Shown here: piece after piece, positions 9,445 through 23,000 of the stretch | Layout of the letters: each line of letters begins with the position of its first letter | Position numbering within the stretch: position 1 is the first letter of the stretch | From: Setoptus koraiensis | Lineage: Eukaryota; Animalia; Arthropoda | NCBI GenBank assembly: GCA_048013815.1 | Contig: CM106585.1 | Location: 10,416,001-10,480,000 of the forward strand | DNA length: 64,000 nucleotides | Direction of reading: 5' to 3' | The notes under the pieces: model-generated | Databases searched by the model: none | Seen by the model: only the letters and a program-made list of their open reading frames with translations | What the model was told of the DNA's origin: nothing | Position numbers and translations under genes: made by a program

Positions 9445-12400
9445 GCCAACGAGCAGCTGAGCGCCAATAATAGCGTTGACAAAGCTGACAAGTTGCGAGA
9501 TGCAGCCGCCAGAAGCGAGCGAGCCCGCCAATCAGCTGACGCGGCGCTCTCGTCCGGCCGATTGCGGCCGCGGTGGCATGATGATTGCATCATCAAGTGG
9601 CCAGCAGCACAGTGTTGCGCAAGCAACACAAAACCGACACAAAACCAACACAAAACTAGCACAACACTAACACAACACTAAGCGCGAAACTAGCGCCAAT
9701 CTAGCGCCAAACCAATGCAACGGGCAAGCGACGGCCGGCACAGGTGCAAATGAGCCATCATTAGTGGGCGCGCTCAGTCATTAGCCGGTGGCCACTAATG
9801 AACTTATCAACTAATGAACTTATCAGCCAGTCGTCTCAATGCCTAATGAATGGACGCTCGCTCGACAGTGTGGAGTCGACACACACACACTCAGCGCATA
9901 TCGTGAACTGTGTGCAAAGTGAACTGCGTCGCAATTTCTGTCTGGCATGCTATCTGTTGCAGCATGTTGTTGTACAATGTGTTATGTAATGTTATGTAAC
10001 ACACAACACACCACAGTGATGAATATAGGCAATAATGATGCGAGGCGAGAAAAAAAAAATATAATCATATTTGTCTATATCGGCGCACACTACACGCAAC
10101 AACAGACTCTGTTGAACAGAGTGTGTGTGTTGCAACAGATTAGCCGGGCGATGATTAATCATGATTAATGCACAATAAGACAAGCAAGACGCCAGCCGAT
10201 GCTGGCCGCAATAGCTGCACGCCAGCAAGTGCCACACGCAGCCTATGGACCATGCACAGTGTGGCCCGTCGGACTGTTGTCCGAGCTAGCCACACTGAGG
10301 ACGGGCCACACTGTGGACGGGCTAGCCGATATTTGCCGGCCCGTCGGCCAACAGGTGGATTAAAATAAATAAACAGTGGTCAGGTGAGAGAGAGAGCGAT
10401 CGCGCTGAACGATATGCGAAGCAGATGAGCCCCAGATAAGAGCGGGCCAAATTCCTGAGCCGTCGATAATGCGCCCGCTTATCTCGGCAGAGCATCGATT
10501 GACCAGTGGCGGCCATTAGTTGTGTGCATTAGTTACTGGCAGTTGCGTTGTGCCACGACACACCCCTGGCCGGTGTCGGGCTGGCGCAGCCGGTGCCAGT
10601 TGAGCGCAACTCAAACTCAAACTAATTATGTGAAAACAGACGCCGAATTCCGATCTCGGTGCCGCCGCTGCTGCAATTGGCTTTGGTCGTGGGCAAGCGA
10701 GCGCGATAAGCGAGCCATGCAACAAGCCGCCCGACGAATAAATAGAAAATTGCCAAGAATTGGCTCAAATTGGCAAATTGTGCGGCCAACAACTGGCCAT
10801 GCAGCCGCAGGACTGGCCGCTACGTTGGCGCTGCTCACACGGGCGCAAATGCGAGACACTGGCCAGGTGAGACTGGTCAGGTGAGTCAGGTGAGGATGGG
10901 AATTTGCTATGAATGGTGGTGGCCAATGTTAGGCGCAAATGAACTGTGCGCGCCTGTTCAGCGGCCAATCAGCGATGTCCATCTACACCGGTAATGCTGC
11001 CGCTTGGTAGCAATAGTAATTTGTAAAAAATGAATGAATGCCAGCCAGCGCCGGCCGCCGAAATGATGAATGAACAACAAGAAGCTGATTACGTGCCAAG
11101 ATTAGCAAATAGGATGTGTTAATTGTGCTTCTCTCTTTGATACGCTTTGGTCGTCGCTGGTGCTGGCTCACCGGCCAATGCCAGCAGCGCCAACAACAGC
11201 GCCAATAACAACAACGCCGGCAACAGCAACAACAACGCCGGCAACAGCAACAACAACGCCGGCAACAGCAGCGACAACAACAGCGTCAACTAATACGCAC
11301 CGCAATGGCACTGACGCCGGCAGCAGCATTTTATTCATACTAACAAATTATCTTAATCGCAATTGGCATGAGCTCACCTGTTCTGCGTGTGTGCGTGTGT
11401 GTGTGCGCTAGTCAATTATCTAGTCATAATTCAGATCCTTCCTGCCGGCGCCTGCTCACTGCGCGCCGGCCACGGACCGGCCCGAGCCGCCCGAGCGGCC
11501 GCCAATGGGCATGCAACGTCGACGCGACCGTCGCTTGAATGGCTGCGATCGCTGAATGGCTGCGATCGCTGAATGGCTGCGATCGCTGGATGGCTGCAAT
11601 GTGCAGCGGCGGCGGCGGCGGCGGCAGCGGATAAATTAGCCAAAGACGATCCACAAACAACTCACCTGTAGACTGTGGTGTCGGCGCTGCACACTGCGCG
11701 GCGCGAACAAGTGCTCGCCACTGTGCGCCCACTCACTCGCGGCCCAATTAGCCACTGGCCTGATTGTAATCACTTTGGCTCATTATTTATTACTTATTAA
11801 CACCATTATCTGGCTCGCCCGCCTGTCCGCCTGTCCGCCGCAACCTGTGAGCTGCACAAACGTTTGTTTATATAGGCCACACTGCTGTTTGCAGTCGCCC
11901 TGGCACGGCGAGCCAGCTCACGCGATCTGTGCCACATCCGTTCGGGCGCAGCTTGCGAGCGGACGGCCAAGGCGGCAAGCTGGCCGGCTCAGTATGTGCC
12001 TGGTGTGGTCGACACCGAGCAGGCGCGCGTATCGTCCAGGCGGGCCCAATCGGCACAGTGGGCACAATCGGCCAGTCACAATCGGTTAATCACAATCGGC
12101 TAATTGCAACAGGCACGACCGATGCTAATTAAAAGCGCCGAACCAATCAGTCGGCACAATGTAAGCTCATTGTGCCAATTTGGTCAATTGGGCACAGGCG
12201 ATTCTAGTTTGAGGCAAACCTGTCCCGACGGCAATGGGCGAACGGTGGCCATTGGCGACAGCGCGCTCTGGCCATTGTTTGGCCGGCCGGTCGGGTCGCA
12301 CACACATTCACACCACTGGAGCGCAATTACAATAGTGAGCGAGCGATAATTGGCGAGAAATAATCAGCCTTTGGAACGAGTGCGTTGCATGCAATTAGCG

Positions 12401-13196
12401 CACTAATTATAGGACCGGCTCGCAAAGTTTGCGGTCGCAGCTCGGTTGCGCCGACAGGCCGCATGTGTTTGGCGGACGGCGGTCGGCGGACGGCGGTCGG
12501 CGGTTGGCCGTCGGACATTTGGCGGCGTCTCATGCGGCCATTGGGCGCTGGCCAGCGTGTGAGCCAGTGGCTGAATCAGTGTATTGAGCCCAACGAAAGT
12601 GACACACGGTGAATTTGATCATCGAATTCAATCGAGCCAAAAGTCACACACACACACACACAACACAGCTGACATTGAACAGGTAAACAAACAAACAATC
12701 GGCCGGCAAGCAAACAAACAGCGAGTTTTAACAGAGAGATGTCAAGTGGCGCGCCATTGATTGCGATGACGACTACGACGGCGGCGGCGGCGACGCCGAC
12801 GACGAGGCCCAACCAATTAACGCTCGGCGCTTGCTCATTAATTGGTTGCGGCAATTTAAATTGAATTGTTGGGAACGCACGTTTGACGTACGTTGTCAAT
12901 ATGTCAAGAGCTCGACAATGATCAAACAACGAACAATTGCGGGCTACTCAGCGGCGCAGCAAGAAACAAAACGAGCACTGCTCGCTCAATGCGCAGCCAG
13001 CCATCGGATTGAGCAAAGAGCAAAGCAATTACCACCATCAATGCATTAATGTCAACCGGCCATTGTAAGCCGTTGCGCAACGCGCGCACCCATGCGTCGC
13101 CTCTCCAATGAGCGTCGTCATTATTCGCCGAGTCGGCGTATTCATTTACTCGGCGTATTCATTTGCATGAGTTGCACCGGCTCATTTATAGGCTAC

Positions 13197-13336
13197 TTGC
13201 GCGCTCACATTAATTGCGCGCTCGCGTTAATTGCGCGCTCACATTAATTGCGCGCTCGCGTTAATTGCGCGCTCGCCTTGATTGCGCGCTCGTGTTAATT
13301 GCGCGCTCATGTTAATTGGGCGCTCATGTTGATCGC
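13197..13336. repeat. 17-bp minisatellite TTAATTGCGCGCTCRYR, about 8 copies
   Basis: TT(A/G)AT starts at 13210, 13227, 13244, 13261, 13278, 13295, 13312 and 13329. Confidence 0.92.
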
Positions 13337-14040
13337 ATGTCGAGCGTCGGCCTGCGCAGCTAACAATTGATGGCGACGACGAGAATTAACACAATTCCAT
13401 ATATCACACCACCACACAACTACAACCACTGCCAGACACAATGACTGGTGGCACAACTTGTTGGTGTGCTCACGACACACAAACAGGACAGGTGAGCGGG
13501 GCTCGCACAAGGCCCGTCGCACATTGTAATGCGATGTTGCGACTACCAACAAGCGTCGTTGTTTACCATTGCCCGTTGAATTCGTTTGCGATTTCCTCCT
13601 TTGCCGGTCGCAGGCAGTCGCAGGCAGTGGCTGGCAGTGGCTGGCAACGACAAACGACAACCAATGACAGCAAGGCACAGGTAAAAAGATGATACATGAG
13701 ATGAGATTAGAGATAAAATCAAATCAGATGCGCTGCTAACTAACAGTCGAGGCTGCGACAGGCGAGCTCACTATGAGAAATGAGTAGGCTCATCATTATA
13801 AGCCGCTATTTGCATAGGATTTGATTTTGTGTGTGTGTGTGTGTGTGTGCGTATATCAAATCAAATCAAATCTTCTCATCATATTTGTATTTTTGTGTTG
13901 TACGCTCATTGCTCATTCTGTCTGGCCTATGAGCGATAACAAGTTATCATCAAGGCATGTGCATTAGCGCATATTTGCACTTACGCGCTGCCTAACGCGT
14001 TAAACTTTGTGTATTGGTGGCTGCGACAAGCCGCCCTGTC

Positions 14041-14124
14041 TAATGCTCACCTGTAATGCTCACCTGTAATGCTCACCTGTAATGCTCACCTGTAATATTC
14101 ACCTGTAAGAATTACAGGTGAGCC
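14041..14124. repeat. 13-bp tandem array TAATGCTCACCTG x5 followed by an inverted copy (TTACAGGTGAGC)
   Basis: Units at 14041, 14054, 14067, 14080 and 14093 (variant); CAGGTG at 14115-14120. Confidence 0.92.
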
Positions 14125-14828
14125 AGTTTGATTGAGACTTCCCCCAAATGCCAGCAGCAACAGCAACACCAACAAACAGCTGATTCGGGCTGATTACAAC
14201 AGCGCGTCGGCAATTAATTTGGCGTTAGAATAAATTTGTTTAAAGTGTTATCTTCCTTGTTATTTGTTTGTCGCCACTCGCGACGACTCATTTTATTTGT
14301 CGGCCTGACACCACTAACACGATAATTTTATTTCATTTTATTTTATAACACGATAATTTTATTTTTTATCTTATAACAGCTGTAAGATGCTGTAAGATAT
14401 CTATGCTAGCTAACTATTTCACTATTTTACACAAATTGACTAACTGAGGCTCGATTGCGCCAACTAACTGACGCGACTCAACTGACGCGACTCAACTGAC
14501 GCTAAGCAAGCAGATCGGCCAAGGACATTGACAATGTTGTGAATGTCATCATCGTCGCAATCATTGTTGGCTGCTCAACAGGCTCGCCTCATTCATTCAA
14601 ATGAATCGTCACGGCGTCGTTTATTTGTTTATTTGTTTGTTTATTTATTTACTATTATTATTATTGGTCTCGGCGCGTCATTTTGTTAGTTAGTTGCTGT
14701 TTCTGGCTCTCCCAATCACTCGGCTACCAGGCTACAAAGGCCGCCAAGCCAGCTGATCGAGCCATCTATCAATATGGATGCTTGGCTGGCTAGATGGCGG
14801 CTGCCTCTCTCAGCGGCACACGGTGCCA

Positions 14829-14918
14829 GCTGAGAGAGGCTGAGAGAGGCTGAGAGAAGCAGCGGGAAGCTGAGAGAAGCTGCGAGAAGCTGCGAGAAGC
14901 TGAGAGAAGCTAAGAGAA
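14829..14918. repeat. 10-bp tandem repeat GCTGAGAGA(A/G), about 9 copies
   Basis: Read directly. Confidence 0.85.
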
Positions 14919-17900
14919 TGCCACCCGACAACGATTAAAAGGAAACTGACTGATGAAAGGCCCAGCGTGACAGACCAACGTCGCTCGACGATCATCGCCA
15001 AAAATCATCATCAATTTATAATATCCATCGGCAGCCACAATCGGCAGCCAACAACCAACGACAGCCGACTGACGAATGTGAGACTTATATGTAATAATAC
15101 CCGGCTGCCAGTCAGCGCAATGTCGGCGCAATAGTTTGCGCTCACCAATAATAACAAATTGGCCAGCTAACTAATGTCTAATCTGCCGCTCACCACTGTG
15201 CTCGGGCCCTTTCAATTTGGCACTTTTTGCAACTATTGGCAAAGGGAGAGACTTTCCTCCTACTTGCCGGTTACAGTTGCAGCCTTGCCAGCCTTGCCAG
15301 CCAAAAACCGATGATCAATCGCGATTCGTGATTCACGACGCTGATTGGCGACAACAATCAAACGATTGTCTTGCCACTGCAATATATTAACAACAACGAC
15401 AACAACAACAACAACAACAACAACAACGACGACAACAACGACAACGACAGCATATTTAACAGCAACATTGTTATTCATCGTCGCGGCTTGTGTGTGTGAC
15501 AATTGCATTAATGTTACGTCATTTACACAAGCCAATGCTGTTCAATTGGCTCAAATCGTTCAAATTGTTCGAATTGCTAAAGTTGCTAAAATAGCTAAAA
15601 TTGTCAAATTGTCAAATCTGTGAATCTGATCACTGTGGCTGTGAGTGTCCAATGTGGTTATGCTGCACCAGTGGCGCCGTCTAGCGGCCAGTTGTGTAAA
15701 ACACTGGTCGTGTTGTGTGACCAATTAGGCATGACAGCTATACATGACATGACAAACACAGTGATGATGCAATGATGATTCTGTCAACCTGTCTGTTGAC
15801 CACTATATCATATCATCAGCTGATGTGGCGATATCCGCTGAATGACTGGACAGCTGATCACACGCACACACACACAATGATCACATGGTGCACAATCAAT
15901 GCTCGAGATGGATCGAAATGATTGAAATGATGATGGCAAGACGAGTAGCAATTAGCACCAGCAGCCAGCATTTAACAGGCGGTGAATAGGCGGCGATATA
16001 GGCGGCGATAGGATAGCAATTTGCATATTGCAGTGACCGGACAGATTACATAGTGTAATGTTGCAATGTTGTAATATTGTAATATTGTGTAACACACACA
16101 CACAGGCAAAGTGGAGCTGTCTGGCGAGGATGGCGAAACGATGATGAATAAACAAGAGCGACGAGAAAGAATTGGCGGCTCAATTAAGTGGGGCGGCCTG
16201 TTGTTGTGTGCGTATCCGTCATGGGCTAAGTTGCGTAAGTTCGTAACAAGTGGCGAATCCCTAATGAATGGTCTGTTTCTCTCAATTTAACAACAGTTCA
16301 GTTCGGACAGCAAATTGTGAGTTGGTTTGTTCGCTCGTCAGTTTGCTGCCGGTCGCCAGGTTGGCTTGCCAGCCAATCTCCACCCTTGTGGTGGCCGCAG
16401 ATCAGCCGCAGATCAGTTTTGCACTGCAACCAGTGCAAAACTGCGGCTGATCTGCGGCTGATCTCTCATCGGCCAGACAGCGGGCCACAGTTGAGCTCGA
16501 ACATAACAGGTGAATGGCGCTTGGGCCATTCATTAGAGGAGACGACGATGACCGTGATGAGATGATGTGCTGGCAGCGGCTTAAATATCCATCATCCATC
16601 ATGATTTGATTTCAGACGCTGGCCGGACTTTGCTTGAAACGCTTGCGCTGTCTAATGGCCCTTTCTCACTGTGTGTGTGTGTGTGTAATAATAAATACAA
16701 TAATAATAATGATGATAATAATAACAGCAGCAGCACAGGCGAGGAATTAAAAGAAATCAAGAGCAAAAAGAAGGAACGAGACGCAAGAGAAGAGACGAGA
16801 CGTAGCGAAACGACATGCAGCAAGACGAAACGAACGAGCGAAACGAGCGAATCGAAACGAAACGAATCAAATGGCGAGAATTCTCGCCGGCGAGCAGAAG
16901 AATTCTTGTAAATGACGTAACAACAGCAACAACATTGCATAACATGACGCTAGTCGGACAGTGCGGTGCGGCTGGCGTTTGGCAATTTGCAACAAACAAT
17001 GGACACATCATCAACAACAAATACACACATTGCATATCAAACAATTACATTGCACAAGATAATATTCTTACCAATGCGATTGTGTGTGTGTGTGTGTGTG
17101 TATTTAAATGATAAAGGGCGGACCTCACCTGAGACGAGGAAACCCGACTCCATTCTTGTTGTCGGCGCTGCGCATTACATAACATGAGGTTGCCCGAACG
17201 CGGCGTCGTCGTCGTCGTAAACGTTTAATTCTTTCCACTTGCCATTGGGAGCTTCGAATGTGCACTGTGGCCAGTTTGTGTGCGTTGGCCAGTTGCACAG
17301 GTGAGCTCACCTGTGCAAGCTATGCGAGCCATTGCAAGCCATCAATTGATGTGCTCTGTTTGTCCGATTGCGTCGTCGACGCTTCTGCTGACATCACTCG
17401 CCGACTATCACATAATAAATAATCTGCGCGCTATTATCAGTGCGACCATGTAACTAATCGCCCCTCTCTCTCTCTCTCTCGTCTGTTGGCTCGTCGTGCC
17501 AGTGGCGCCGCCTGGCGCTCATCGGCCCATGGCGCAATATGCTGGCACACATGATGTAACAATGACAATGATGGCCGCATCATGTCGGCGGGCACTGCCA
17601 GCGGACACACTACGGGCGGACACTGCGAGCGGCGGGCCGGCCGGCCGGCCGCACTGACCGCAACGCGGTGATGATTAAATGCTGTAGCTTGATTGAATTG
17701 TTTGCCGTTGCGGCGCGACGGCGCTCGCGATCCCAGCGCCACATCGGACCAACGTCAAGCGGACCTTTGTGTCAGCATTTTCGCATTGTTTGATCACACA
17801 AACATCGCCCAACAAAGCCTCCTAGCGGCGCTCAACTGACCACTGGTGCAACAGTGTGCCAACAAGTGCAACGTATGCCCGTCAACCGTATGCTAATACC

Positions 17901-19970
17901 GGCTCAAACCGGCCAACGCCGGCCACTACAACAGGTAATGGCCAGGTAACGAACGCCAAAGATGGCACCGTGATTGTTCGTTGGCCGCTAACTCAACGAC
18001 GACAACAGTCGCTGCAGTCACCCTAGCGGTCATATTTCAAGTTATATTTCTAGTTATAGTTGTGGCTTTATTTCCACTGCAACAGTGATCGCAACAATGA
18101 CGATGCTTCGGTTTCGCCTAGACCCAAGACACACACATATTGCGCAACACGGTGAGCCGGCGCCCACTTGCCGGCGCCCGTCACAGGCAATGGTGTCACT
18201 GGTTGCACAGTGGCAGCACTGGTTGCTCGGTGCGCCGCACAGCCACTGGCCACGAGCAGCAGCATCGAGCGTCACTTGCGCCCATTTCCGGTAACAGCCA
18301 CCATCATATGGCTGGCACAGCTTGCATGTGGCCGCTGTTTGTGCAGACCAGGTTGCCGGTTTGCGCAAGCCAAGCGAAAGTAGACTTGTCTGCTGGGCGT
18401 GACTGTCCGCGGTTGACCGTCGGCGGCCGACGTGCGCGCTTGTGCCGCACTCATGCATGCCTCGGGCCGCCGCAAGCATCATGTTTGCCTTGGGCGGTGC
18501 TTGGCCGACCGGCGCAAGTCGGCCCGACTCTGCCCGGCCCAACACTAAAGCGGACACAAGCGGAGCCGGTGCAAGTGTGGCACCGCCGAGCACACAAACA
18601 GGCCAAGTTCAATGTCTTGGCGGCGGTCATTGCTTTGGCGCGGTCGGTCGGTGGCGCTGTCGTTGTCATTGTTGGCCGCCATTAGCCGCTGCAGCAAATA
18701 GCCGCGACGAGGACAGCCGCGACGGGAATATGTCACGATTGCGCCGACGCCAGTCATTAAGTGGGCACAACAACAATTATTATTTTGATTATTTTGTTGT
18801 TTGTTGGCGCAGCCAGTTTGCGCCGGCCTAATTATCTGGCGTGCGTCTGTCGGCCGCTGTGATTGAGTTGATGATGATGATAATAATGGTACCTTTACCT
18901 GGATGTTGCAAACTGCACAATGGTGTCGCTGCAGTCGCGCTGGCAATCACATTTGCGGTCGCAGTTGCAAATGAGACCGATCGCAATTAGAGCCCGAGCA
19001 CACAGCAAACTAATTGAATTGCGGGCCATGAATCGGCGCCGTCCGCCATCACGATCTGCCTTATCACGCCCTCTTTATTCTCGTCCCGAATCATATCCGG
19101 CTGGCCGGTTTGGCGGCCCGTGCTGTCATACGGACCCGATGTGGCATGATGGGCGGCAGCGGCTGCCCGTCATGAGTGTGTGAGCGGGCGGGCTCACGGC
19201 GAGCTCGACGGCGGTCGGCGGTCAGCGGGTCCGTATGACCGTACGGCGGCCGACGGGCACGGCGACAGGTGAAAATTGACAATCACAGCGACAATGACAG
19301 TGCGACAGGCTAATTAAGCCCGCTTTGTGTCGCTCAGCTGTTGGCGCTGTGTCTTGTGTCGGTCAGCTGTTGGTGTTGGTGTTGTGGCATGTTGTGTGCG
19401 ACACACACACACACACAACAGTGAGCATGACGCAACGGATAACAGCATATTGTGTCATTGATGGCCGGTCCGGCAGCAGCGTCGGCAAACAATCAACCCG
19501 GATCTTGGCGTCTGGCACAGATTTGGCATTACTTTTCAGCAACTGGCGCAGCTCAACTTGAGCTGCTCAATCCGGCAATCAAACGATCCGCGAATCTCAC
19601 TTGCGAATCTCACTTGCGAATCTCACTTGCGAATCGCGACTTGTGATGCAAATTGCGATGCGCAGCGCTCCGTCGGTGCGCTCAAATCGCAATCAAATTA
19701 TCATCGTCTGGCCGCACCGAACGACTGGCCGGCCGGACGAGCTCACCTGTTGTGCGCGACCGGCCCAGTGGTCAGCTGGTGCGTGCATGTTGGCGCTGTC
19801 ATCGCAACGGTTGCCGCTCTCGCCGCTGTTGCCGCTCAAGCCGCACCACTCAACGGGCACCACCCAACGGAGCAACCTATAAATACCTTTGCAACGCTTT
19901 GCACTGTTCACCTTGTGCCTGTGCAAGGCGACCATGAGAGCACGTTAATTAGACGCTAATTAGCCACTCG

Positions 19971-20034
19971 ATGGCGCAATGACGCGATGACGCAATGACA
20001 CGATGACGCAATGACGCAATGAGGCGATGACGCA
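19971..20034. repeat. 8-bp tandem repeat ATGACGC(A/G) x8
   Basis: Units every 8 nt from 19971 to 20027. Confidence 0.85.
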
Positions 20035-23000
20035 ACCGTCGTGTCGTGCCAAGCAAGCAGCCGGCAGCCCACGAGAGCAGCCCACGAGAACGGCCCACGA
20101 GAGCGGGCCGCCGGTGCGTTTAGCCGGCCTAATTGTGTTTATCCAGGCCTGTCCGTGTGAGTGTGCATCCGCATAATTGTGCCCATTTCTCTATATCTGT
20201 GCGTCTGTGCGTTTATGTCAGCTGGACAGTTCGGGCGAGTATGTGTGTCAGGTCAGATGCGAGAACAGATTGAGCCGGCCGAGTCAATCTAATTGACACA
20301 AACCAGGCCCCGTAACAGGCGAGCTAGCCAAAAAGAACAAGACGAGCGGCCGGACAACGACGACGATTAATCGATTATATGGCACGATAAACAACTAATG
20401 ATGCAATTGCGTGCAACTTGGCGCCGATTCGCTCCGATTTGTTAGCGACTTTAACAACTCGTTTCAACCACGCTCGCCAATTCAATCACCTGTGAGCAAA
20501 TCCTGAGAAAAAAATCCGCCAAAATCCACGGCACAGTGCGGCACAGCGCGGCACAGTGTGCCAATGTTGGCCCATGTTTGTCAGCAGCAAGATCAGACGA
20601 CAACGGTCACCGTTTGGCCGGACTTTGAGCTATTTTTTGGTATCGCCAATTGATAATTACTGTTAATTGTTAATTGACCACTAATGGCCTTCATTTGCGA
20701 CTCGTTTGGTGCGACGATGCGACGCCGATCGCATCTCATATCGCACCAGTCATTAGTTGGATGATGATGATGGATGACGCAATGACTCTGTCCGGTGTGT
20801 GTGTGTGTGTTGTCGTGTTTTGACAACAAATACGACGTGTGTGTCACCTGTGCGGCCGCTAATGATGGCTGACCGGAGGCTGCTGAAACAAGCCAGACGG
20901 GGCTGCCAATTTGGCGTTTGATTAATTGCGCGCTCGTTCCGTTATTGGCCCGTTATCAGGGGCGCCCGCTTCCTGGCCGGGCCATGTCAGCGAGCGAGCA
21001 ATGATCGGGCGGCGGGCCGGCTCGCGCGGGCGACGGGTTCCGGCCGTGGCCTGGCGTAGATCGGAATGTGCAATGGCCGCTGTCGCGCAATTGGCAATCT
21101 CGCGTCGTGTGGCCATTGTGTGCCTCGTACAGTGGCGACTGGCGCCTTGTGCGCAACGAGTACGTGCCCGACCGGACAATAGTGATAGGCGCACAAATAA
21201 TAAATAGATCGATGGGGATAAATGGCGGACATTAGTCGCAAAACAGTATAACGGCAGTGGCAGTTGCGTGCACGAGTGAGGGGCCTTTTTATTATTATTA
21301 ACTTTATGCACGACACACAAGCCAGGCAAATGGCGATCATTTTAAAACAGCGGCGACGATAATAGCGCATTGTGTTGGGGCCGGTCCAGTCCGGGCAACT
21401 GTCCGGCCCGGTGACGCTCGAGCCGAGCGGGCGCGTCGGGCACCGGGGAGGGGCCATTCAATTATCTTATTATCTTATTGTCGCTTGCCGGTCACTCAAT
21501 CGCATCTCATTTTATGCCAATGCCCCGGTGAACACACAAACAAAATGGGGCCCGGCGAGCAAATCATTTGCGCTACCTGCGCGCCCGTGTCGTCGCTTTC
21601 GGGGCCCTCCTCCGGCCCCGAACAGCCATTCAATTAATTTGGAGGCTCGTTTTTTAGTTTCAGCTTTCTCTTGCCCGGCTTGCGCCCCCTTCTTGGGCCT
21701 CAAATTAGCGTCTGTCGGACGATTTCCGCGACGCGATGCCGCACATAAGCGGCGCATATGCGCGGCACAGGCAATGTACGCGGCCAAGATGGAGCGCCTG
21801 TCGGGCCCGTTTAAATTGCCTTTTGCCGCGGCACTAAATTTTGTTTGTTTCTTTTCTTTCAATTGGCCAGCGCGCGGCTCGCAAATCTTGTTCGCCGATC
21901 GGCCCGGCCGGTCGCTTTTCAGTGGCCGATCGTTTTTCAGTGGCCGGTCGGCCGGCCCAATGCGGAAATGCAGCGATCTCGGGCCGATCCCGGGCGGCCG
22001 GTACCCGACGGGCGCCCCCTTGCCGCACTCCGCCGGCCAGGGAGTTTAGTCAAGCGTTACGGCGCCCCCTCGCTGTCCGTGATGCGCGGGTCGTTAGTGG
22101 ATCCGAGCAACTGGGGCGCCCCAATTGAATGAATGCACCAATGAACCAAGCCGCCGCACAAACTGGCCGGCTAAAAAATAACTGAAAAAATACCGCTGCC
22201 GACCAGCGCGGACCTGTATGCAAATGCTGGCCCGGTGCGCTCCGCTGTGCCAGCGAGGCCCGCCAATCAAGGCTCTCTTGTGGGGCCCCCGACAGCTTGT
22301 CGGGGGAGCGCGCCCCAGCCGACAGCGCCGCCAACTGGCCGAAACAACTCGCCAAAACGACTGGCCGAGACAACTGGCGAAATTAATTCAATTGCATTCG
22401 CAAATTTCGGACGCGCAAAAAGTGCGCCACCAGCGCAACGTGTAGCGTTGCAGTTTTGCAGTTTTGCAGCCGACGGGGCGGCCAGTTTTGTGGGCGAACG
22501 CGAATCAAACCGAAACGTGCCCACGTCTGAAAAAAGTTGATTTGATTGGCGATGCGCGGGCCTCGCTGGCCAAATTTTGGCCAATTGCGAGCCAATTCGG
22601 ATGATTCAGATAATTCGCATGATTCGAATGATTCAAATGATTCAAATAAGCGTGTGGCACACGAAACGATAACCGTTATCGGATAACGACGCTCCGATGA
22701 TGGCCACCGCCACCACCATGATGACCGTCGTGACGCTGGCAGGCACGCCAGCCAAACAAACAAACAGTGCAAAGTGTGTCAGAGGGAAAAGTTGCGTCAT
22801 TGGTGGCTGTTTGTCGGCTGTCCAAATTCAGATTCAAATTCAAATTCAGATTCGAACCCGAACCCGAACCGGACTAATCTATAATTGAGCCTCTGCTGAG
22901 ATGATTCATAAGTCTTTAGGATGGGATTAGAGGCGAGCACGCATATGCTGCCGAGTAATGCGATATTGGGCGATGCTGGGCGATATTGTCAAAAATTGAC

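Noticed and set aside
13197-13336. Regularly spaced repeats as a CRISPR array (also 3378 and 44417)
   Set aside because: These are head-to-tail minisatellites without unique spacers, in eukaryotic DNA with no cas genes.
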